NCBI GenBank assembly: GCA_003427395.1
Contig: BFEA01000004.1
Coordinates: 8,709,447 to 8,769,277 of the forward strand
Reading direction: 5' to 3'
Length of the DNA: 59,831 bases
DNA from: Chara braunii
Taxonomy: Eukaryota; Plantae; Charophyceae
In this document: in pieces, positions 13,290 through 24,863 of the stretch
How the letters are laid out: every line of letters begins with the position of its first letter
Numbering within the stretch: position 1 is the first letter of the stretch
Notes under the pieces: generated by a model
What the model was told of the DNA's origin: nothing
The model's input: the letters and a program-made list of their open reading frames with translations, nothing else
Database searches by the model: none
Program-made: the position numbers and the translations under genes

Positions 13290-13531
13290 CCTGTCCCCAG
13301 TCAGTTCTGTCGCCTGCTTTTGGACAACCTCGGAGATGACGATGAATCTTCACCTCTGAATTGTTTCGTCATTTTCGTGAATCGTGAAGCCGAAGATTTC
13401 GCACTTCTGCCCCTTCAATGCCGTGATCGTCTTTTCAGAATGTCCCTGGCTCAGCCGGATGTCCTGCACATTTTCGTTGATGTCCTCTGAGTCATCTCTT
13501 TCTTGATCCTCACCCTCGTTTGCATCCAACG
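13290..13531 (-). pseudogene. SAMD9-like gene exon (S)LDANEGEDQERDDSEDINENVQDIRLSQGHSEKTITALKGQKCEIFGFTIHENDETIQR...
   Basis: Very strong polypyrimidine-AG acceptor; phase fits the upstream exon; donor position uncertain. Confidence 0.5.
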
Positions 13532-13872
13532 CTGGAAAAAAGGAAGGGGGGGGGGGAATAAAAAAAGACTGATCGGTTCCCAGTAGCAGGGGCTGCTCTT
13601 ATCACCCCGTCTTGTAGCGACCCTTCCCGTACTTTTGAAACAAAAAAAAAAAAAAGGGAAACAGACTGATTGACACGTAAGACTGACCAAACCCTCGTTC
13701 GCATGCAAGGCTTTAAAAAAAAAAAAAAGGGAAACAGACTGATTGACACGTAAGACTGACCAAACCCTCGTTCGCATGCAAGGCTTAAAAAAAAAAAAAA
13801 AAAAAAAAAATCCCTGATCGGGGGTCCAACTACCAGGGGCTGCTCTCTCTCTCTCTCTCTCTCTCTCTTCAC

Positions 13873-13947
13873 CCCGTGTACTACGCAGTCTTGCAGCGCA
13901 TCTGTTTTGGGTACAGAGGGTCATAGGTTCGAGTCCTGTCACCTTGA
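13873..13947 (+). tRNA. trnP: Degenerate mitochondrial-type tRNA-Pro(UGG), nuclear copy (NUMT)
   Basis: Near-identical to plant mitochondrial trnP (gcgcatctgttTTGGgtacagagggtcataggttcgagtcctgtcaccttga). The 5' acceptor and D-arm are damaged. Confidence 0.8.
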
Positions 13948-13977
13948 GTCAAAACCAGAGTAAATGGACATGAAAAA

Positions 13978-13996
13978 ATGAAAATCAATCGACCAT
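13978..13996 (+). pseudogene. sdh3: 5' end of mitochondrial sdh3 (MKINRP), NUMT fragment
   Basis: ATGAAAATCAATCGACCAT 30 nt after trnP. The trnP-sdh3 linkage is conserved in streptophyte mtDNA. Confidence 0.6.
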
Positions 13997-14013
13997 GATT
14001 ATCACTTTTTCTT

Positions 14014-14044
<31 letters not shown>

Positions 14045-14215
14045 TACCACTACTATTCCGTTAATTTCAGGTTGGGGAAACTACTTGTAAGTTTTCGGAA
14101 TTCTCTGCAATCTTTTTTTTTCTTTTTCTTTCACCGTCTGGATTTCCGGATATTTCAACAACTTCGGCATAATACAGTCATACCACTTTTACAAGGAGTT
14201 GCTTTTTTAGTACTA

Positions 14216-14320
14216 CCGTTTTCCCCCGAACAAAACGCACCCTGAAAATGAACGTATACAAGGTATGTTTCCAGCCCGATACAGTGAAAATGAGGGTGCG
14301 TTGTGTTCGGGGGAAGACGG
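14216..14320. mobile_element. pogo/Tc1-mariner-like MITE
   Basis: TA|CCGTTTTCCCCCGAACAAAACGCACCCT ... AGGGTGCGTTGTGTTCGGGGGAAGACGG|TA: 28-bp TIR with 2 mismatches and TA TSD. Confidence 0.75.
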
Positions 14321-15652
14321 TAGGCAACGAAGGTGCCTTGACTGCTGCCCCTCTTATGATTCACAAATGGATTGCTTTAATTTTCTCTTATTTTCTTTTT
14401 TTTATGTTTGACCTCCAATTCTTGTCTTCGAATTTCCGATGGCGCTTTATTAATTATCTTTCTTATTCCTGAAGTTTCATTTTAACAAAAAAAAAAACAA
14501 AAAAAAAAGAAGGACTAATCGACCCCCTCGCTCGCACGCGATGCTGATCTCACCCTCGCTGCACTCGAGACCCGTGAGATCGTACTCATGCTAGGACTTG
14601 TGGGCATGTATCTGACTGCAATCACGACCCGATATGGATGTATCTGACGCCAATTCCGTCCACAGCTGGGTCAAAACGGTCTCACTAGAGTGTGAGTCAA
14701 CCCTGAGAGAGGCTAAAGTTGACATTGGAAAACCAGTTTCCGATCCCGACAGTCAACATTTTTTTTTTTTTTTTTAAGTCAACAGCATTAAAANAAAGGG
14801 AAAAAAAAAAAAAAAAAAAAAGTTTCGATTCGCATCGCGATCGGCACCAACGGACAAGGCAAAACAGGTAAACAGGTTTTTTTTTTAATTTAAAAAAAAA
14901 GTTAAACATCCCAATAGCTTGACACTGACCAATTGGCATAGCGCGGGCTAAGGTTATACTCACACTCACACTTTCTGGGATGTATCTGGCCGCAATTACG
15001 AGTGTATACGACCACAATTACCGCCAGAGTTGGGTTCGGAAAATCCCCCGGTGCGCGTACGTATGCCCTCACTTGCTCTCTTCCATCACCATTATGATGA
15101 TACGCTCCATTCAAAAAAGATTTGAGCCGCTTGAGAGAAGATTATAGAGAGAGGGGAAAAAAAAGAGAACAATATTTTTAGTAGGGGGACAAAAAAAAAA
15201 AACTGGACATTCAACCTGAATGAACCGTCTTCGTTCAGAAGAGCGCAGGAAACCCCTCTATAATTTGCAAAAGAAAAAGGTCAAACAATAAAAAAAAGGG
15301 AAAAAGAAAAAAAAAAACTCCACTGCGCGGACTCCCCTCACTCAATACGATCGTGATGGCTGCTGCCCAAAAAAAACACTACTGTTAATTAACCCCCCCC
15401 CACACAAAAAAAAAAAAAACTGATGCCAAAGACACTGGCAAATCTTTCATCATCTTTCAAATTAGAATTTGAGAGAAGAATATAGCGCAGTTAAACAAAA
15501 CAAAGGGAAAAAAAAAAAGACACTGGCGGCTTCTTCGTGCTTACCAACGCAACGCGTTGGGCGGATCCAAGTGGGCGACCATTGCACGTGATGGAGAATG
15601 AAGTTATTTTGACGTGTATCTGGCCGCAATGACGGTCAGGTACGATACTTAC

Positions 15653-15837
15653 AGTCCCAGTCTGAGTAAGACCGGCCTCAGTTCAGTTCAGCGACAAAAG
15701 CTCCAGGACCAGCGCTATTTCGAAAGAACCTGGTCATGTTCAAGGTCAGATACATCCGGGAAAGTATACGAGTCAAAGTCAACAACGAAGGCAAACTGCC
15801 AGTAGCTCTCGAAACTGACGGCCACAATTGGAGGGTA
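15653..15837 (-). pseudogene. SAMD9-like gene exon YPPIVAVSFESYWQFAFVVDFDSYTF.../RNSAGPGAFVAELN*GRSYSDWD (SIR2-like start)
   Basis: cttcttttgattAG acceptor, GTAAGT donor; phases fit with one 1-nt frameshift. Confidence 0.65.
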
Positions 15838-16162
15838 CTAATCAAAAGAAGACGGGATTGGGATTAAATTTTTGGGGGGGAAAAAAAAAAAAACAGAAAA
15901 CAAAACAAAAAAAGTGATATTAGGCGGAGCTCCAGCTGCAGGCTGGTATTGCTCATCAGCCGAGGACGATAAACGCCATCAATGCATGACACCTTCGTTC
16001 TGCCCCCATCACTCGTGACCAATTTCCTGCATGCCCTCCTCGCACAGACAGACCCCTCGTCTTAGTACGGGAAACGTGTTCCTTGCAAGCAATTCTCACG
16101 ACAAGCAATCAAAATTGACAATGTGTCAGGACTACCTGTATAGGCTCAGGAACAGGGCCAAG

Positions 16163-16324
16163 GTCCCACTAGCAAAGAGAAATTCAATAGGATCAAGTTC
16201 CTGAATCTGGATTTGTTTGTTTTATGCAGAGATGCAGAAAAGCCGTTCAATCTCGATTTCCTGCATCTCTCCACAAACACGTCCAGATTCAGGCATTCGA
16301 TCCGATCCTCTTTGCTAGTGGGAC
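16163..16324. ncRNA. Long foldback, pre-miRNA-like or MITE-derived; second copy at 52743-52900
   Basis: Stems of 17, 12 and 10 perfect bp. Confidence 0.45.
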
Positions 16325-16479
16325 TACGCCCCAGGGGTCGGTAGGTAGTGAAAATTTTAAGGTGAAATTGAGAGAAGGATAGTACAGCTTAGTTTTAACA
16401 AAGAAAAGTCAATTGCAATGGTTGTCGGTGAAGTGCCATGTGAGAGGGAGATGACAGTTGTTCGTCGTTCTTATCTGAC

Positions 16480-16636
16480 CTTCGAGCGATGGTTGGCGAT
16501 GGTGGACAAAGTGCAAAAGCGGAGAAGATCTTTCTCCACCAGAGCGTGAAGGAGGAGGGCTCGACGGCTCGCAGACACTTCCACTCGTCGGGCCGAAGGC
16601 AGAAGCAAGATAGAGCCGACCTCAATCTTGGAATTT
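16480..16636 (-). pseudogene. SAMD9-like gene exon NSKIEVGSILLLPSARR...IANHRSK
   Basis: Long pyrimidine tract + AG, GTCAGA donor, 157 nt, phase-compatible on both sides. Confidence 0.6.
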
Positions 16637-17133
16637 CTAAAGCAAGGAATTAAAAAAAAAAAAAAAAGAAAGAAAGAAAGAAGAAGCAAGGCGGAGCAGG
16701 TGCGGCCGCGGATGGTAAGCTTTCTGCCGGCCCCCACCCGCCCGTCGGTCGGCGCAGGGAAAAGCAACGCCTAGTACAGCAACGCGGCCGCTACCGGTAG
16801 GAGGGCGGGGCTTACGGTGGGCAATTTCTTTTGCGGGTTCGTCATTTTTTTTTTTTTTTTTAATCTTTTTTTTTGGGGGGGGGGTTTCGTCATGTTCGTT
16901 TGGTATTTTGCTTGCGCAGGACATCCACAGGTCAATCAGGAGTAATCAAAACAGCACACGCATAGGAGACAACAGATACAACAACAGACCGTATAGACGA
17001 CTCAAGACTCGACCAGGAATAGCTTTGACGAAAAACCCGAAGGTGACAACTGCTTCAAAAAATAAACACATGAAGCACAGCAGCAGCTATGGTGAACAAA
17101 GTTCCATATCGGCGACGACCCTACCGGTTTCAC

Positions 17134-17257
17134 CTGGCCGCCGCGCCACGATCATCAGGAGTCTTAGAGTTCAGATTGTTGACAAAGCTATTTAAACTCC
17201 CTAATCTACGTCGCAGCGTCGCCGTTCCCGATAGTAACCTCGAACAATGAACCTATC
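17134..17257 (-). pseudogene. SAMD9-like gene exon IGSLFEVTIGNGDAAT*IREFK/SFVNNLNSKTPDDRGAAAR (AlbA_2-like nuclease motif)
   Basis: AG/GT boundaries. IREFK-SFVN (extra base at 17190) resembles SAMD9 IHEFKAFTN. Confidence 0.65.
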
Positions 17258-17870
17258 CTTAAAAACAGGAAAGCGAAAAAACAACAAAAAACAAACAAAA
17301 AACAAAAAAACACCTGCACCGGGTCAAACGGTAGTACTGACAGAGCACAATTCCCATCGAAACTCCTATGCGGGAAGGGGGCCGCGAGTCCTCCGGTAGC
17401 GCTATTCCTAGCGCTGGCAGCGCTATTCTTAGCGCTGGCAGCGAAAAATTTCTGGCGCCTCCTACCGGTAGCATTGCTACCGGGAGGGGCACCAGAGGAA
17501 GGCTCTACCTGCGGACTCCAGGCCCGGGGGACACGGCGGTTGGCGCCAACGCGCTCTAAGTTGGTGTCCTCCGGTAGAACCGAGGCAGCCATCTCCACGA
17601 GTCACCACCACGATGACCGTGCGGTAAGGGAAGTCTTCGTGCTCGGTATTATCTGAGCCTTCTCAGGGAGAAGACTCTCGGGCTGTCCCCACATTAGTTT
17701 AGCATACGACTATCGTGGAAGACGTGGAAGACGTGAAGATTGTGAGCAAAGTAACGAGACACTAAGTACAAGCAGTAGGGGCGCGCCTACGACCGGCGCC
17801 CGTCTTTGATGTGCTCAGGAGAGCAGATCTAGTTTTCGACGGGTAAGGCAGAAGGGGGTATCCAAGACAA

Positions 17871-20027
17871 ATGGCGTCACAGGAAAGACCGAGAGGACAG
17901 CCTGAAGGAAGAGGATGTTCCCCTCCTGGTCATGCAGACGTACCGCTATCAGATGAAGACAGATTGAGGCTGCTGATATCTAAGTGCTACGACGACGGAG
18001 TTCTCCCAGAGAAGTTTCGACATGGAGAATGGGTTGTCGAAGGAGTACGTATCTTCGTTGTCAACCCACGCTTGGATGAGCTTACGACCAATTGGCTAAA
18101 GGAAAAAGGAACGCACGGTCATCTTTCAAGGAGCGGCCAGAGATCTGCCGATGAGGGTCCAAGAAGATCTGATCCTCGCATACGAGAACGGTTGGTACCG
18201 TCAACGGACATTCGATCGGAACACTGGTCGGGGCAGGGTGCATGCAGAAGGGCCGAATGTAGTTTCCTACGTGGCAAAGTCTCCGGAGGTGGCACAATGG
18301 TTGGTTGCTAAGGCGGAGGATACCATCGTCATCCGTGGGGTGGAGTACTCGATGCAATTTAAGCCTTGGATGACCAAGACGGAGCTAGAAGAGAGAAGGC
18401 GCCTCGAAGATGAGTCTAAGTTTTGGGTTATGGCGATTCGAGTCCCGCTGCGTGTGATGTTCCACGTGGAAAATATGGTGGAAACATCTATGGGACGGGT
18501 CATTAAAAGCCTACAGCCAGAACAGGACCGGACGAGACCGAAGCTTATGAATCTTAAATTCGAGCTCGTTAGGGAGGCAGAAGAGAAATTCGAGCCGGAA
18601 CTCTCGATGCGACTAGGCAGAGAAGTTTTTCGCATCAAGTTCGTGTGTCGACATACTCCATGGTGTGACAAGTGCAAACGGTGGTTCCATACCTCGACTG
18701 AAGGGTGTCCACGAGAAGGTGAAGAGGATGAAGCGTCAAACCGAGCGGATGGAAGACAACGCCAACAACCGACCAATCGGCACATTAGAGACGCAGCAAG
18801 GGAAGATTATACTCCAATACCGAGAGATACCGGCAGGAGGCAAGTAGACAGAACATTCCCTGCGGACGGCCGTGGATCAGTTTGACAACCCATGGGGGAA
18901 GGCAGCGGTCTTCACCGCTCGGCTTCCCAGCGACAACAAGGAGGTGCAACCTCTACTCAACGGCAATCTCAAGGTCTCGGTCCGACACTCCCGGCTCCTC
19001 CCGTCCACAGGGGGGGAGTGGGGTTTCACCGTTATGTGCCTTTATCAGGTGCTACGCCAGGGTTTCCCCAGCCGCGCTATGGAGTGCCGATGACGACACA
19101 GGATAAATACTTTCGTAACCAGTATGGGACAGGTGAAGGCCTCGACTACAGGATTCTGAGACAGGAGGGTACTCCTGGTGGTGGAGAAAGAGCGGCGTCG
19201 AGCAGGGGAGGATCAGGTGGATCGAGGCAGTTGAGGCGAGACTCACAACAAGATGTCAGGAGAGGCCCAGTGGGGGCAGATCGGCACAGTCAGAGGTTGT
19301 CGAATGGTGAAGAGGAATCGGAGGGCTCCGGCGGAGAAGAGGGTTCCATCCCGATCTCCCCCCCTCCCAGGGGCGATGGCATGGAGGAATCGCCAGGGAG
19401 AATTCCAGAAGGAGTCAGGGCATCTAGCAGAGAAGATGGGATATTCGAGGAAGCATTTTTCCCTCCCCTCGTATGCACGATGCAAGGGTCGGAAGTTTTC
19501 GTCATCGGTCTCAGGGATCGTAATGATCAATTAGTCCTGCCAGCTGTTGGCACTAACGAGCTTCCGATGCCAGATATGATTCAGGAAAGAGTTCGCTATT
19601 TGTTTAAGGATAGGTTTGATTTTCGCATTTTCCCAGAATTTTTTATGCCCAGGTTACGTACGGAAGTAGATGTTGGCAAAGCGGTTCGGTTTTCAATAAC
19701 GTTTATTTATGCTAGAATGTCAGTTGAGCATGGGCGAGCATTGACCAGGCTGGACTGGGTTCGTTTCCACTGAAAGCTCTGACCCTACCTTTGATAGATT
19801 TATTGTCAGAAATTATTATTGAGCAAGGTGTCTCAGCATCTTGCCTGGCTAATTTGAACCCGAACATGCCACGGGCATTCAATCTGATTTCAAGTGCCTT
19901 TACGCGCTGTCTCACGGAGGGATGGCCAAGCCAGGAAGCAGAGCACATCGAGGATGGAACCCGGGGAAGGAATCCACCACCAGCAAGTATCCAATCGGCA
20001 GACTTGAACGAAAGTCTGAATGGGTAG
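17871..20027 (+). pseudogene. LINE ORF1, frameshifted, with CX2CX4HX5C zinc knuckle
   Basis: ORF pieces 17871-18311, 18151-18885, 18892-19773 and 19791-20027; CDKCKRWFHTSTEGC; lies directly upstream of ORF2. Confidence 0.75.
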
Positions 20028-23000
20028 ATTGAGAGTAGCAACGTGGAATGTCCGGGGAATGGGAGATCTGTCGGGGAGGGAGAAGGATAAAAGAGTTAAA
20101 TCGTGGATCCATTACAAACGGATCGATGTGATGATGCTACAGGAAACAAAACTTTCAGAGGGAAAACTTACTCAGTTCAGGGACTGGTGGGATGGCCCAC
20201 AACTCTGGTCCCCTGCAAGAGGGACAAGGGGAGGGGTTGCCATCCTTATTCATACCCGAATTGAGGCATCTCTGATCGACTTTGATAGCGATGCCTGGGG
20301 AAGATGGTGTTGGGTAAAACTGGCACTACGGGACACAAAATGGGTGTTTGCTACTGTGTACGTGCCAAACGGGACTAAGGAGAGAGTTTTTTTTTTAAAT
20401 GCTCCCGTATGTGTTACCCAGTCACAGCAATCTGATGATTGCAGGTTACTGGAATACGGTTTGCCGCCCAGGTTTGGATTCAAAAACGGATAACGGGTTG
20501 ACTCAAGACAGATCGAGATTGCTCAAATGGATTGAAGCGTGAGAACTGCGGGACATCTACAGAGACCTCTTCCCCTACGGATAAGACTTCACGTGGGTAG
20601 GCCGAACTGCACAGCTAGCAAGGATCCAACGACGACTCGACTTCTTTTTAGTCTCTGCTTGCCAGGCCAGTGATGTGCTCAATGTGGACACAATAAATGA
20701 CCCCATGTCGGATCACAAGCCAGTGATCTTGGAATGTGCTCTCACCTCTTTGGAGGAACGAGGGGAGGGGTACTTCAGACTGAATACGATGCTGCTAACT
20801 GATGATGGCTTGAGAAACTAGGTTGAGGCTTTCTGGCATAGCTGGAAGGATGCCAAGTCGGAGTTTGAACAGCAGGCTGAGTAGGTGGACGCAGGGCTAC
20901 GTATCATTTCCATGAGACTTGACACATTTTCCCGGATTGCAGCACATGGGAGGAACAAAGAGGAAAAAACTCTGAGGGATAGAGTGGAGGAAGCAGAGAG
21001 TCGCATTGGGCAGCACCCAGTGTCGGACCTGTTTTGGTCGGAGGAGAGAGCTGCAAGGCTTACAGAATGGAATCAGTACCAGGTTCATAAGTAGGAAAGG
21101 TGGCACCAGATCCTGAAGGAGAAGGGGGTGGTCTCCTCTGACCGGATGACAAAACAGACCTTTCAGAGACTGCTTCCGAAAGCAGTTCACATGAAAGAGT
21201 TGAGGCACCCACATCATCTAGGTCGTCCGATGGCAACCACCAACGTGGAAATGAGCCGGTACGCTGCAGACTACTACGAGGACAATATGACAACACGCAG
21301 ACCATTTGATGACCTCGACGACGACATGTCACAGTTCTCTGCGCTTTGGGACAACTTCACAGTGCGAGTTGCTGAGGAAGGCAGGCTACTGATGGACAGA
21401 CCGGTGACGGAAAATGAGGTACTTGAAACGATCAAGAGAATGGCAAAAGGGAAGGCGCCGGGAGACGATGGTCTCCCGGTGGAGTTTGATGTTGTCTGTT
21501 GGGAAACCCTGGCAGGGGACTTAACAGAATTGTTCAACGACATTCTGACCGGAGCCAAGTTGGGCCAAACGATGACACGGGGTATTATCTCGCTGTTATT
21601 TAAAAAAGGAGACAGCAGCGAAGTCAGGAACTGGCGACCCATTTCACTACTGAATGTGGTTTACAAGTTGCTGGCAAGAACGTTGGCAACCAGACTCGGC
21701 AATCTGCTTCCACACCTAGTCCAAAAAGACCAAGGTGCCTTCATGCGGGGAAGATCCATATTCGAGAACGTGATGACTGCTATTGAAGCATTGGAACTCA
21801 TCGACGGGGAAGACACAGACACAGCGGTGCTCTTTCTGGATCTTCAGAAAGCCTACGACAGAGTCAACTGGACGTTCGTGATCATGACACTAAAAGTTGC
21901 AGGCTTCGGGGAATCATTCTGCAGTTAGGTCAAAGCACTGTATGGGTTCTCTTCGGCTGCGGTGTGCGTCAATGGCGTCATCTCGAATGAATTCAAGTTG
22001 TCAAGGTCGCTTCGGCAAGGTTGCCCTCTGGCGCCACTCCTCTTTGTGTTACACATGGAACCGCTGCTGTGCAATATCAGGCTTCATCCGGAGCAGATAA
22101 GTCTTTGCATGGGTAATGGCAAGGAAAGTAAGGTTAAAGCCCTTGCAGACGATGTCTTCGTCATTTCGGCGAACACTAAGCCCTCATTGGACGCCCTCAA
22201 GCAATGTCTAACGGACTTTGCAGAACTGTCGGAAGCAAAAGTTAATTGGAACAAGTTGACCTTTTTTCTGCCCAAACAGTTCTCCTTGGCGGTCCAATGG
22301 GGTATGGAGCGAGTCCCTGTGGATACGGCGGAACGATTTTTGGGAGTACTAGTGGCGCTGGGAGACTGCTCCTCATCACAGGAGGTGATCTTGGCTGAGA
22401 AGGTCAAGAAGCGGGTGCAAGGTTGGGGAAAAGCATTTCATCTGTCCCTGATTGGTCGAGCGCTGGTGATAATGGCTTCGGCCTTCTCCTTGCTATGGTA
22501 CGTAGCGACTGTCCGCAGGTTATCCCCAGCGTTACTCAAGTTTGTCAAAGCGGCCGCTAGAAGATTCATATGGAAGCCTGGCAGCAAGGAGGACGAACGG
22601 TTCATATGCAAGGTGGCCTGGGACACGATTTGCAATCCAAGGGAGGAAGGTGGCTTGGCAATAAAGGACCCCGCGGCACGCAATACGTTCCTGCTGGCAA
22701 GATGGATTTGCAAGGTAGCAGAAGCCGAGATGGGAACCGATTGGGTGCTGTTGGCGGAAAGCTTGTTGAATAAGGACTGGAACCTGGCTCGCCCAACGGA
22801 CATATAGGTGGCCATCATGAGTCACACCTTTGTGCGGAAAAGAACGACCTCCAAGTTTTGGAGGGATGTGCTTGCAGCGTGGAAGAAGGCTCAGCCTATG
22901 CTAAGACTGCCGCCAAAGTCCAAAACGGAGGTCAAGCGACACATCTTTTTTAGAATGAATGGATTTTGAGTGATGCGGGTCACCCCTTCTCTCGAGAGAG

Positions 23001-24258
23001 GAGGCCTGGGGAATTCGGACTGACCTGGCTTCGGAAAGGGATTGCAACAATAGGCGACCTATGGGATGACTCAGTGAATCAGTGAAAATCAAATGGGGAG
23101 TTGAGGAATCAGCTGGGTCAACTGCCTAGCCAAGAGGAAAGGGCGGAGATGCTGAGAGCAGCAATTCCAGAAGATTAGAAACTCCTCCTGGGCCCAGAGG
23201 GCGTCGACCCCCCTGGGACTTGGTTCCAATGGAATAACGGAGAAGAGGGTCGATACTGCAGGCTTGAGAGCTGGTTTGATAACAACTCAGGTCGCTGTTG
23301 GCTCGAGACATATAAACAACGCGACAAGAACCAGCCTGCACTGGAAAGGGAAGGGATGCTTTTCCAGTATGGGCTGGCTAACTTCACAGAGATGAGAGGT
23401 AGACTGATTCCACCTACAGAGGAGGGATTTCCAATGACCCCTATGCTCGTAGCTAACGGAACCCCCTTGAAAGACCTGAGACTTTACCCGGCTGGTTGGG
23501 GTTGGCAACTGGGAGGCGAACGAATAGTAGGTTTGGAGAAGCTCAATTCAGAAATTATTTCCCAAATGAGCTCCAATGACCAGTCCATGCAGAGGAAACT
23601 GGGTCAGCGATGGAGCAGAACAGTCCCAGAGTTGAACCCGCCATCAGAGCAGGAACTTGGAAGATTATGGACTCAGTTGAAGAACATTCCCTCACAGAAG
23701 TTGGCCTTCTTACTCTGGCTACAGTCTCATCTTGCTATTCCGACCTCAGTTTGGTTATCAGAGAGAGGAATGGAGGTGAACAAGACATGTGACAGATGTA
23801 AAGCGGATGAGGAAACCTGGGCCCACCTCTGGTGGGACTGCCCAAGATCACGGAAGTGGTGGAGGTGGTGGGAGATGCACTGGCAACGGTTCGTCGGCCA
23901 GTCGGGGTTTTTAGGCCGGAGATGGGTCCTATCAGGCGCAGTCCAGGAAGGAAGTAACTGCTCAGAAGGTTTGGGATATATTGCCCAGGTGGGAAGAACC
24001 ATCATGTTGTGGCTCATATGGATGGACAAGAACAACCTTCGGTTCCAAGGGGTAAGCCTTAATGAGGTCCAGGCGGAGGCCACATTCAAAGGAATGTTGG
24101 TGATGGCAATCAGGTCATACTGGGTGCGCAGGGTGGTACAGAGAGATCGACAGTCGGGTCTTGGATGGTTCAGGAGAACTTGGTGCGTGGGGAACAGGTT
24201 ATCGCATATCTCTCTGGAAGGGAAGCTAGTCTTATGCCAATGGCTAGCTAGGGGGTAG
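20020..24258 (+). pseudogene. LINE ORF2: APE endonuclease - reverse transcriptase - zf-RVT, interrupted
   Basis: ATWNVRG, LQETK, GGVAIL, SDHKPV; KAPGDDG, NWRPISLLN, DLQKAYD, LRQGCPLAP, ALADD; CDRC...HLWWDC; many stops and frameshifts. Confidence 0.92.
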
Positions 24259-24728
24259 AATTGAGGGTCATTAAGTAGATAGATAGTAGTATTAAAGGGA
24301 GGGGTGGTATAGAGTAGTGCCTTTCGAACCAGGGTATCTCGGTTCGTGTTTCGGACCGCAGGAGGTCAAAAGGGGAAGGAGGGTGGTAGAGTGCCAAGTT
24401 AACGAGGAACGGATGTTCCACCGGTCGGCTTAGACTGGTCTCGGGCCGTTGAAAGGCCTGTGTAGGTAGGTGAGTAGGGCAAAGGGTAGAGTAAATGTTA
24501 CACTCCATATGAGTAGAGTTCAAAAGAAACGTGCGAGAACGGATTAAATAGGGTTCCATCTGCTGAGTTTAAAGGGATCTGCTTTTGTTACAGATTCATT
24601 TTGAAGATATCAGTTAAGCTAAACCGGCTGAAGCTGTCGGGATAACTCCAGGTTGAATTGTGAGGTCCCCAGCCTCTTCGAAATTCATTTGGAATATAAT
24701 GTTGCGATTTAAAAAAAAATAAAAATAA

Positions 24729-24863
24729 AAACTCCTATGCTCGACCAACCGGCAAAAACACGAAAAGGTACCAGAGTCGGGTCTGCGTTTCCCGAACCCT
24801 CTCAAAACCCACGTTCACCCGCCACTTGACCAATCCACCACTCAACACTTCGCCTCGTGTATT
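24729..24863 (-). pseudogene. 5' part of SAM-domain-like exon (EYTRRSVEWWIGQVAGERGF*EGSGNADPTLVPFRVFAGWSSIGV); continues at 17359-17320 (SMGIVLCQYYRLT)
   Basis: The reading frame is continuous across the LINE insertion once one TSD copy is removed. The pattern resembles SAM WTxxxVxxW ... xGIxxG. Confidence 0.55.

Larger units (their letters stand above)
17372..24728 (+). mobile_element. Full-length decayed L1/Tx1-type LINE
   Basis: 12-bp TSD AAACTCCTATGC (17360-17371 and 24729-24740), A-rich tail, ORF1 + ORF2 remnants. Confidence 0.92.

Noticed and set aside
13873-13947. Functional nuclear tRNA-Pro
   Set aside because: Acceptor stem and D-arm are damaged, and the sequence is mitochondrial type
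16900-17360. 3' UTR of the minus-strand LINE remnant
   Set aside because: Better explained as introns and exons of the SAMD9-like gene, given splice sites and frame continuity
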